From Macrostomum lignano (Eukaryota), in contig NIVC01000075.1 of NCBI GenBank assembly GCA_002269645.1, forward strand, positions 1-64,000: a stretch of DNA of 64,000 nucleotides, given 5' to 3'. Position numbers and translations under genes: made by a program. The notes beneath the pieces were generated by a model. The model ran no database searches and was not told where the DNA came from. It worked only from the letters and a program-made list of their open reading frames with translations. This document shows positions 51,590-60,714 of the stretch, piece by piece; the first letter of the stretch is position 1; each line of letters begins with the position of its first letter.

Positions 51590-52200
51590 CATGAGCCTTG
51601 ACATCTCAGCATTCCCCCAGTGAGCCTTGACATCTCAGCAAATCCCCCAGTAAGCCTTGAGATCTCACAAATTCCCCCAGTAAGCTTTGAGATCTCAGTA
51701 ATCCCCCAGTAAGCCTTAACATCTCAGCAATTCCCCCAGTAAGCCTTGACATCTCAGCATTCCCCTAGTAAGCCTTGAGATCTCACAAATTATGACAGTA
51801 AGCCTTAAGATCTCAGCAACTCCCCGAGTAAGCCTTGACATCTCAGCAATTCCCCCAGTAAGCCTTGAGATCTCCGAAGTTCTCCCAGTAAGCCTTGAGA
51901 TCTCAGAAATTCCCCCAGTAAGCCTTGACATCTCAGTAATTCTCCCAGTAAGCCTTGACATCACAGCATTCCCCCAGTAAGCCTTAACATCTCAGCATTC
52001 CCCCAGTAAGCCTTAACATCTCAGCATTCCCCCAGTAAGCCTTAACATCTCAGCATTCCCCCAGTAAGCCTTAACATCTCAGCATTCCCCCCAGTAAGCC
52101 TTAACATCTCAGCATTCCCCCAGTAAGCCTTGAGATCTCAGCAATACCCCTAGTAAGCCTTCACATCTTTGCAATGCTTCCAATAAGCCATGAAATCTCA
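51590..52200. repeat. 29-30-bp minisatellite CCCCAGTAAGCCTT(G/A)ACATCTCAGCA(A)TTC; degenerate copies continue to about 52770
   Basis: Visible tandem units; period 29-30. Confidence 0.93.
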
Positions 52201-53249
52201 GCATTCTCCCAGTGCAGTAAGCTTTGACATCCCAACAACCCAACTCCCCTCTCCCAAGAATTCAGCAATCCTCTTATGAGCCTTGATAACTTAGCAATTT
52301 CTTTGTGAGCCTTGTCAACTCAGCAATTCCCCAATGAGTTTGATATCTTAGCAAGTCTTTAATTGATGTTTGACAGCGGTTAATCTTTGATTGAACCAAA
52401 ACTCACCTAAGCCCCTAACCCTAAACCATAAGTGAGTCTTGGCATGTTAGCAATTTCGACCATGAGCCTTGAGCCTCAGCATTACGCGCTTGTAAAGTAA
52501 CTTCCTCATAAGCTTTGTAGTTAAGTAGTTTAAGTAGCTTAAGTAGCTTAAGTACGAGCTAGTTATCTCTACGAGCGTATAGGCCTTGACAGCAAAGCAT
52601 TTTTAATGAGCCTTGATACCCTAGCAATTTCACAAATGAACCTTGAAATCAAAGCAATTCTCCCCAGAATGACATAATTATAGCAATTCCCCTTGAGTCT
52701 TGAGATCTTATAAATTCTCCCATGAGTCTTGATATCACAGCAATTTCCCATACCAGCATTGTGCTTGTAGCAATAGTCTTAGCAGTCTTAGCAGTCTTCA
52801 CAATTCCCAATGAGATTTTTACATTTGACAGAGCGCTTCTTTTATGATTGACATGATGATTCTTGTTCGCATTTTCTTGCGTTGCGTTTTATTCTTTTTA
52901 AAAGAAGTTTTTATTAAAATATTACAATATTTCTCCATAGCTTTCTGCAGTTTAGCAACAGTTCACCAGCATTTCAGGAATGGTTCACCAGTATTTCAGG
53001 AATGGTTCACCAGCATTTCAGGAATGGTTCACCAGCAGTTTAGCAATGGCTCACTAACTTGAAGTTTGAAGTTAACCCTCTCCCCCCTGGCAGAGCCATT
53101 GCACAGTTAAGTAAATCTCTCAATTTCAATACTTTAAAATGCACTGGCTGATTTCTCTCTTCCTCCAGAGTGCCTGCGCAATGCTTGGCACACTGCCTCC
53201 TGCTGAAAAGCTCAGAGTCAGTTTATAGCGAGACTATGCAGTATGCAGT

Positions 53250-53880
53250 TGTGGCGCAATCATTTAGAATTGGAATTCAGCCAGTCAATAATTCAACGTT
53301 GCTTGGCCTTCCATTAAAAAACATTTAGAAAAACTTGTTTTTCGAATATTTAATACCTTTAGCATTGAAGCAGATTAAAGAAATTTTAATTGTCTTCTTT
53401 CCAGATAATTACAAATCTTTTAGCGAAAACGCGATCAAAATTGGTCAAGAATTGCAGTCTGTAAAGCGTTTTACATGGACATAAATTAGAGGTTTAGAAT
53501 AAGCCCAGCATTCAGAGTAATTTTTTTACCCCTGGTATGGTTGCGCAATTTAAATAGAGTAATTATCTGAGCAGTGGGGCCAAGTGAGTTTTCTTATCAG
53601 TTGGCTCTGGCGCAATCATTAAAATTGGCTGTGAAGTTTTTCGCTGATAAAATTTTGCATTGAAAAAGCCCATTTGAAACAGTTTTTCGAATATTTAATC
53701 CCTTTAGCATTGAAGCAGATACAAGAAATTTTAACCATACAATCCCAGGCTGATTACAAATCTTTTGGCGAAAATGCGATCAAAATCGGTGAAGAATTGC
53801 AATCTGTAGAGCGTTATGGACATTCAAGCATACAAACAAACAAATATTAGAGATTTAGTATATTTAGATATACTAGAATA
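53250..53880 (-). mobile_element. Two tandem, related non-autonomous Helitron-like segments
   Basis: About 53250-53490 and 53605-53870 share GGCGCAATCATT...TTTTTCGAATATTTAAT.CC.TTAGCATTGAAGCAGAT...GATTACAAATCTTTT.GCGAAAA.GCGATCAAAAT.GGT.AAGAATTGCA.TCTGTA. The second ends CATACAAACAAACAAATATTAGAGATTTAGTATATTTAGAT. Both share the TCGAATATTTAAT..TTTAGCAT motif with the 50.9-kb and 60.2-kb copies. Confidence 0.6.
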
Positions 53881-55049
53881 ACTAGATAGGCCACTTAGCA
53901 CATTTGCATTCAAACAACTTTCAGTTCAATAGTAAGTTAAACTGAATTATTTTAGTGTATTTATAAAGACAAGGCTTATTTATGAGTATTGGTTTGAATC
54001 TCAAAGCTTAAACCCTCTAATTCTACATTATATAGAAGCTTTATTCCTATGCTATTACCTAATTTTATTAGTCCTACCTTTAGTTGTTCAACCTTAAATC
54101 TGCTTTGTACAGTGGCTAATATTATATTATGTCTAAACCAAATTATCAAGCTGTTTGAATTTGCAAGATTAGCTTCTAAACTTATCAATTTTTTTTAACT
54201 ATCTTTATTCTTGTATAATAGCTTAGGCCTATATATTCTTTATTGCTACTAAACTAAAAATAAAAAGCTATTTTGCTAAGTATATATACTTAAGTGGCTA
54301 ATCTAGCCATTCTGATATAATATGTGGTTTATAGCTAACGCTTTGATATATCTATCCTAGCAGGATTAGCTAGGTTATAGATAGCTATACATTATAACAT
54401 AGGTTTGATTTATATTTTAGACTTGTACAATTTATTAACAATAGGCCTTACAAGTATTTTCCTTTCTTTAGACAAAATAAAGCATTCTAGGATCCTAATC
54501 AAATTGTTATTACCCTCAGGTCAATTTGTCAACTAGCTAATTGGTGACCTTTAAATTGTCAATTGGGTAATTTCATATGGCATATAACTTGGACAATGGT
54601 CATTAATTTTTTTGTATTTTTAGTCAATATAAGGTGACTCTTTTGCCCTAGGACATATTAAAAGGCCTACCAAGTCCAAGATTTATTTGCCAAGATTTTC
54701 CTACTAAGCCTTATCTACCAAGATTTTTCTGAAGTGTAATTACCCCATGAGTAAATTTTCTACAAAAAAATCGCCAACCAAGCTTTTTTGACATTCTTCT
54801 TGATATCAGCATGTTTCTTTTAGTTAGCTTGAAAGTGTTATATAGCAAGTTTGGATTTATAATAAATGATAGTGCTGCCAGCCAAGCAGCCTCTTAGGCC
54901 TAGCATAGTATTGATAGACCTAGACCAAGAACTTAGTAGTAAGAACATAAGTCTAAATGCTTATACTTCCTTTCCCTTTAACCAACTTATCCCTGTGGGC
55001 CATAGACACTTTCAAGCATTAGTGTCATATCAGACAATGAGTATAACTT

Positions 55050-55990
55050 TAGCCGTCAACTTTTTTGTCAACTTTTCTATTAACTTTTCTGTCATCTTTT
55101 CTGTTAACTACTTTTCCATCAAGTATTCCATCAACTTTTCCGTTAAGTATTCTGTCAACTTTTCCATCAAGTATTTCACCAACTTTTTTAGGGGAGGGGC
55201 AGAATTCTAGCAACCCATATGTTCAATTTAAAAAATTACTGTGTTGCACTTTAAATGAGTTCATTAAAGTACAATTTATTGCTCTAAAAAAACATGTGAC
55301 TTTCTCAAATAGGAACATTATGCTAGTAGCTCTTTGATCATTTATTGTATTTGCATGCTTAATATGCTTATTATTAATGAAAAAACAAGTCTGTATTAGT
55401 AACAATTTGCATCTTTTCCATTTTCTCTAGTATCAGCACTTTATTTCACAAAGATAAATCGATGAACAAGTGCAGATGTTGTAGTTTAGGTAGTGCAGCA
55501 ATACCAATCAAATTCTGTAACATGTCATGCTAGAAATTTTTGCATGTGTTTTTTATTTACAATTTATAATACATGTATATGTATACTCAACAAATTTAAA
55601 GCATATATAAAAATTGCAAAGGAAACTGTACTTGCACAAAAAATTATCACTTTCCATTCGGAGTAGGGGCCTACACAAAAAATTTGATAGAATATTCAAT
55701 ATTGTATGGACTTACATAAATGTTGATGAAATAGTTAACAAAAAAGTGATGAGATATTTGGCAGAAAAGTTGATAGAATACTTGACAGAATAAATAATGA
55801 AAAAATTGATGGAATACCTGATAGAAAAGTTAATGGAAAAGTTGACGGAATAGTTGACAGAAAAGTTGACGGATAAAGTTATTTATTCTAGCCTACTTAC
55901 ACGAAAAGTTGACGGAATAGTTGATGGCATAGTTGATAGAAAAGTTAGGCCTAATGGAAAAGTTGACGGAAAAGTTGATAGCCAAAGTTA
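55050..55990. repeat. Inverted pair of 12-bp subrepeat arrays
   Basis: The left array (about 55050-55190) has (C/T)GTCAACTTTT(C/T) / CATCAAGTATTC units. The right array (about 55735-55990) has AAAAGTTGACGG / GAATACTTGACA units, the reverse complements. Confidence 0.75.
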
Positions 55991-56404
55991 TACTCGTGTG
56001 TAGGAATTGTTTTAGGGGGGGGCCTAAATAAAGGAATTGTTAGGAATCATAAGAAATTGCTATGAATTGTTAGGGATTGCTAGAAATCATTAGGAATTGC
56101 TAGAAATTGAAAAAAAATGCAAAAAACAAAGTTGTTAATTTTATTGTTTTAATTAAATTAATAGCTTGGGGAATGTAGGAACAAAAACATGTTAAGATCA
56201 ACTTTTTAGATGGAACAAGTGCAAAAAACATTGAAAGCAATTGTACTAGTGCTATGCCTTTATCATAGTATACTCGAATGTTCTTTCAATGTAATAACTG
56301 TATATTCGAATCTTTCTTAGAAACTGAATCTACGCGAACGCCAAATAATAGTTTGTTTTAATGCGCGAAATAAATTGGAGAATTATTTTTTTGTTTTAAT
56401 CGTA

Positions 56405-56997
56405 TGTGGGGGAAATCACTATATATAGGAGTGGTTTCGCGACAAATATACTCCAACTGTCTTTTACTCGTGAGCAAATAATTGCGAACAGAATAAGCAG
56501 TTCAATCTAAACCATTTCAAAGTCTTTGAGCTAAATAGCGACTTATTTATTTGCAAAACCTGTGAAACGATTCTAAGAAATTTGCTAAGAGAAGGGAATT
56601 GGGACTAATTCTTGGAGATATACCAAGAGAGGCGCCGTGACCCTCTAGTCTCGGTGAACGCCCGATTAGGACTATACACTAATACATATACCAGTACTAG
56701 ACCGCTCAGGCCATAAGCTACTAGAACGCTACCAGAAAGCAAGCCATAAGCTACCAGAAACGCTACTAAGAACGCTACTAAGAACGCTACCCAGAAATAT
56801 TTAAATGAAATTCTAAGAAATAGTTAGGGAGTAAAAGCAAGTATAATCAGGATAACTGTAGTTGGCAAATCGGTGGGATTAAAATTGATAAAGTAAGAGG
56901 TGAAAGGCCTGTAACAACTTTGGTGGCAGCTCGTAGGATATTTAATAAACACTAATAGTTAGAAGTTTAGAAAGACAGAGCCAAAAGGCCTGTCACA
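56405..56997 (+). mobile_element. 5' LTR of a Gypsy/Ty3 retrotransposon
   Basis: It begins TGTGGGGG at 56405 (5' limit inferred, because there is no 3' LTR to compare) and ends ...TGTCACA, 2 nt before a PBS. It contains internal AACGCTAC repeats and AATAAA at about 56944. Confidence 0.65.
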
Positions 56998-56999
56998 GC

Positions 57000-57018
57000 T
57001 GGTGGCAGCGGTGGGATT
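57000..57018 (+). promoter_or_regulatory. Primer-binding site complementary to the tRNA-Leu 3' end
   Basis: TGGTGGCAGCGGTGGGATT is the reverse complement of AATCCCACCGCTGCCACCA, the 3' end of metazoan tRNA-Leu as I recall it. Confidence 0.85.
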
Positions 57019-57097
57019 AGAGAAACGGCGCGAACTCTCAAAACTAGATTCAGAAGAATTCCGAAGAATAATTTGAAAAGTTTTTCATAGAGAGAAG

Positions 57098-58102
57098 ATG
57101 AATCAGAATCAGGCTAATGATGCCATCGCCATGCTGGCAGAAGAATTGCGAAACCGACTAGAGATAGGGCCGATGAGACACGTTAAGATTCAGAAATTCA
57201 CACCTACGCAAGACATTCGGATCTGGCTAACAGCCTTCGATCAGCGCTGTGAAGTAGAAGGGATAGATGAGGAACATAGGAAGCAGGAATTGCTAGCTAA
57301 TCTGGACCTGTCCACTGCATTCGCAGCGGTACAGCGCCTAAATCTGCCCGAGGATCTTGAATACGAAGAGTTCAAAGAGCGACTGATTGAGCGATTCGGA
57401 AGAATCGGTAGTTCCGCAGAATTCAGAGAGGAGTTTCGTGGAAGAATGCAAGGCAGAAATGAGCCTGTAGAGACTTTCGCAGACTGTTTGATCGAGCTGG
57501 CATCGCGTGCATTTCCGAATATGACGGTTGAGCAAAGGGAAGAAGAAATTGTTGAGCAATTCATCAAGGGAATCAGAATTCCGTCAGAGACCCGTGAGAA
57601 GCTTATCTTTGCGCAGCCAGGCAATTTACAAGAGGCTAGAAGAATGCTAAGAAGGATGGAGGCTGCGTGGAACATGTCTCACAAGAATGTCAACATGAGA
57701 ATGGCCAAAGGCGAAGGCGAGAGTGAGCAGAAGGCAGATCAGGAAAAGCTTGAGGACATCATCAAGAAGCAGAGAGCAGAGTTAGAGCAACAGAAGAAGG
57801 CGATTGAGGAGCTGATGGAAGAGAAGAGAGCTAGCCGTCAGCAGTATCATCCGCAGAATCAATATCAAACGTACGCTCAGGTCGCTGGACCGCCGCAGCA
57901 GCCGAGATATCGGCCGCAGCAGCAGCAGCAGCAGCAGCCAGTATGGCGCGGTCAGCCTCAGTTCAACAGGCAGCCACAGCAACAGCAGCAGCCTCGAGCC
58001 TGCTACAATTGCGGGAAGCTTGGCCACATGGCGAGGAATTGCCAGAGCGCTAGGCCAAACGGTCAGCGAGTGATGGACTACCAGAAGCAGCAGGGAAACT
58101 GA
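57098..58102 (+). CDS. gag: Gypsy gag (capsid-like domain, Q-rich linker, CCHC zinc knuckle)
   Basis: 334-aa ORF with a retrotransposon-gag region (FREEFRGRMQGRNEPVETFADCLIELASRAFP) and CYNCGKLGHMARNC. Confidence 0.92.
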   Translation: MNQNQANDAIAMLAEELRNRLEIGPMRHVKIQKFTPTQDIRIWLTAFDQRCEVEGIDEEHRKQELLANLDLSTAFAAVQRLNLPEDLEYEEFKERLIERFGRIGSSAEFREEFRGRMQGRNEPVETFADCLIELASRAFPNMTVEQREEEIVEQFIKGIRIPSETREKLIFAQPGNLQEARRMLRRMEAAWNMSHKNVNMRMAKGEGESEQKADQEKLEDIIKKQRAELEQQKKAIEELMEEKRASRQQYHPQNQYQTYAQVAGPPQQPRYRPQQQQQQQPVWRGQPQFNRQPQQQQQPRACYNCGKLGHMARNCQSARPNGQRVMDYQKQQGN

Positions 58103-60096
58103 GTAGCGAGGGCCGCTTTGCGAGGCCACGTCCCTCTAGCAACAATTATCGCGAATTTCAGGCCTCTGAATTTGTAAATAATGCGTATCGAAGTAATGCC
58201 AGACAGTATAGTAACAGCAGAACGCATGCCGAATTCAATAAATTTCACAGAAAACCAAATAAAAATTTTGCACCTCGTGTACATATGCCGCTTGCACCTA
58301 GTCATGCGTCTGCTAGCCACAGTAGGCCGAATAATAAAGTACAAAGTACAGTAATTCCGAATGAGCATTCGAAGAGAGAATTCGAAGAAGATACGGAGAG
58401 AAAAGGACGAGAAGCAGTCGTCAATGGAATGCTAAGAAACCGAAAGGTCTACTTCCTGCTAGACACAGGAGCTGGACATAATTTCCTAAGCAAGAGTACT
58501 TGGAAAAAGATGTTCAGAAGTGATGAAATTGAGTTGACTACTAGAAGAGTGACTACGTTTGACGGATCAAGTGTGCGAATTGAAGGAGAAGTCAGAACGA
58601 AAATACGATTCGGAGAGATAGAGATTGAGACAGAGTTCCTGCTGTGCAATCACGAGTGTGACGACATACTCGGGATGGAGTTCTTCATGAACTTCTGCGA
58701 CAGCATCAGCCTTTCTAGAGGAATGCTTGTATTAAAAGAAGGGACCTGCATCCCAATTAAGTTTACAAAATTACCCGTACGGGTTTGCCGAATTTACAGC
58801 CATAACAGCGTGACTATACCAGCGAATAGCGCTCTTCGAATTCCAATTAGAATGACTAAAGGATCAGAAGCTAACTATGGAACGCCAATGGTCATTGACA
58901 CCATTGGAGGCCAAGTGACTACGAAGAGAAATTCCTTAGAGATGATTCCTACTCTAGTGACCATGAACGATGGAACAGGAGTAGTGGAAATAATCAATCG
59001 ACAGAATGACGATATCAGACTGACAAGATCTACGCTGATTGGAGTGGCCAAACCCTTGAAGCCAGGAGGCCTGGCCTACTCTATTAACAGCAAAGGTCAA
59101 GCCAGTTCAGATGATGCAATTAGGACAGTGAAGAGTGAAGAGAGTGAGTACAGCTGGATAAACGAGATCGATTTAGGAGAAGAGCTAACATCAGAACAGA
59201 AAGGACTAGTGATCGATTTGCTAAAGAAGAACAAGGAAGCATTTTCGCAGACCAACCAAGACATGGGTCTCACCCATCTTGTGACTCATGAAATATCTCT
59301 AAAAGATACCACACCGGTCAGGATTCCAACACGCAGAATTCCACCACATCTGCAAAAGCAAGTAGATGAGCAACTTGACGACATGCTTGCTAAGAACCTG
59401 ATCCGACCATGCTATAGTACTTATTCAACGCCGCTAGTGATAGTTCCTAAGAAGGATGGATCCATAAGAATCGTCAGTGACTTCAGGGTCCTGAACTCGA
59501 GAGTGAACTATTACCCATATCCATTGCCGAACATACAAGAGACTTTCGCTCAGTTATCTGGAAGCAAGTACTTCAGTAGTCTAGATTTAAACTCTGGATA
59601 CTGGCAGGTACCTATCAAAGAAGAGCACAAATTTATGACAGCCTTTTCCACCCTTACCAGAGGCCAGTTCGAATATCAGGTCATGGCACAGGGCTTGTCT
59701 AACGCTCCTGGTACATTCCAGAGACTCATGAATTTGGTGCTGATGGGAATACAGCACAAATTCGCAATGTCGTACATAGATGATATTGTGACATACTCAG
59801 AGAAATTCGAAGATCATCTCGGTCATCTGCAAGAAGTATTTCAAAGACTAATCTCAGCAGGACTAAAATTAAGACCAAAAAAGTGCAACTTGTTTCAGAA
59901 AGAGCTAAAGTACTTAGGGCATATCGTAGGAAGAGAAGGGATTAGAACAGACCCAGCTAAGATCGAAGCGATACAGTCATGGCCTACGCCGAAAGAGGTC
60001 AAAGAACTGCGAAGCTTCTTGGGGTTGTGTAACTACTACTGCAGATTTGTAAAGAATTACGCAGAGGCAGCGCATCCGCTATTTCCTATATACTAA
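58093..60096 (+). CDS. pol: Gypsy pol (aspartic protease + reverse transcriptase), entered by -1 frameshift, truncated before RNase H/integrase
   Basis: The frame is open from 58093 to 60096, -1 relative to gag. Motifs: FLLDTGAGHNF (protease), YSTPLVIVPKKDGSIRIVSDFR, FSSLDLNSGYWQV, YIDDIV, YLGHIV and ELRSFLGLCNYY. Gypsy homology stops at about 60084. Confidence 0.92.
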   Translation, partial: GKLSSEGRFARPRPSSNNYREFQASEFVNNAYRSNARQYSNSRTHAEFNKFHRKPNKNFAPRVHMPLAPSHASASHSRPNNKVQSTVIPNEHSKREFEEDTERKGREAVVNGMLRNRKVYFLLDTGAGHNFLSKSTWKKMFRSDEIELTTRRVTTFDGSSVRIEGEVRTKIRFGEIEIETEFLLCNHECDDILGMEFFMNFCDSISLSRGMLVLKEGTCIPIKFTKLPVRVCRIYSHNSVTIPANSALRIPIRMTKGSEANYGTPMVIDTIGGQVTTKRNSLEMIPTLVTMNDGTGVVEIINRQNDDIRLTRSTLIGVAKPLKPGGLAYSINSKGQASSDDAIRTVKSEESEYSWINEIDLGEELTSEQKGLVIDLLKKNKEAFSQTNQDMGLTHLVTHEISLKDTTPVRIPTRRIPPHLQKQVDEQLDDMLAKNLIRPCYSTYSTPLVIVPKKDGSIRIVSDFRVLNSRVNYYPYPLPNIQETFAQLSGSKYFSSLDLNSGYWQVPIKEEHKFMTAFSTLTRGQFEYQVMAQGLSNAPGTFQRLMNLVLMGIQHKFAMSYIDDIVTYSEKFEDHLGHLQEVFQRLISAGLKLRPKKCNLFQKELKYLGHIVGREGIRTDPAKIEAIQSWPTPKEVKELRSFLGLCNYYCRFVKNYAEAAHPLFPIY

Positions 60097-60385
60097 AAAT
60101 GGTCTGTCTGTGTCTATCTATCTATCTATCTATCTATCTATGTGATCGATTAGAGAAAAAATGGCTTAACCGATTTTCATGAGACTTGCACTGTTCGATC
60201 AGAAATTTTCCCGTGACGGTACATGCATCGTGGCTAAGAAATTGCTCGATGCTAAAGGCATTAAATATTCGAAAAACATGCTCTTTGCAAAGGTCAAGCA
60301 AACTTTTCAACTTGAAATGCATTGTAAGAATGCTAGAGAAAAAATTGACTGGTTGATTCTGATACTGAAATAGATTGCATCATAA
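60085..60385 (+). mobile_element. Non-autonomous Helitron/Helentron-like element at the pol breakpoint
   Basis: It starts CCTATATACTAAAAATGGTCTGTCTG, then (TCTA)n, then AACCGATTTTCATGAGACTT. This is the typical layout of DINE-1/Lep1-type non-autonomous elements, and it is homologous to 50791-51062. Confidence 0.7.
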
Positions 60386-60597
60386 CTGAATTGTAACTCC
60401 AACTTGAATTGCGTCACAGTATTGAAAATGCAGTGTGGAAGCGTAGCACCAGACTTGATTTAGATTGTGTAACCATATTGTCAACTTTAATTGAGACTGA
60501 TACTGACTTGCCTGGGAAATTGATTATGTCATAACTGCTTCGTGAGTGAGTGTTGAATTATATAAGTGCTACAATTTCACTTATAAATTCGATAAGA

Positions 60598-60655
60598 TCT
60601 AGCCTAGAAGTTAACAGACTGGACTGCTAATGCAGCGACCTGGGTTCGAATCTTA
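60598..60655 (+). other. Degenerate tRNA-like fragment (probable SINE head or tRNA pseudogene)
   Basis: A-box-like TAGCCTAGAAG, an anticodon-arm-like CTGGA-CTGCTAA-TGCAG with one mismatch, and B box GGTTCGAATC. There is no acceptor stem. Confidence 0.45.
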
Positions 60656-60714
60656 GTAGTAAATTTTTTTATTAAAAGCTTTTATTAAAAAAAAAAATAA
60701 ATTAAAGGACTAAA

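Noticed and set aside
57241-58649. Antisense ORFs over gag and pol
   Set aside because: They are shadows of the retrotransposon genes.
60598-60655. Functional tRNA-Ser(GCT) gene
   Set aside because: No acceptor stem or variable arm and a mismatched anticodon stem; kept only as a degenerate fragment.
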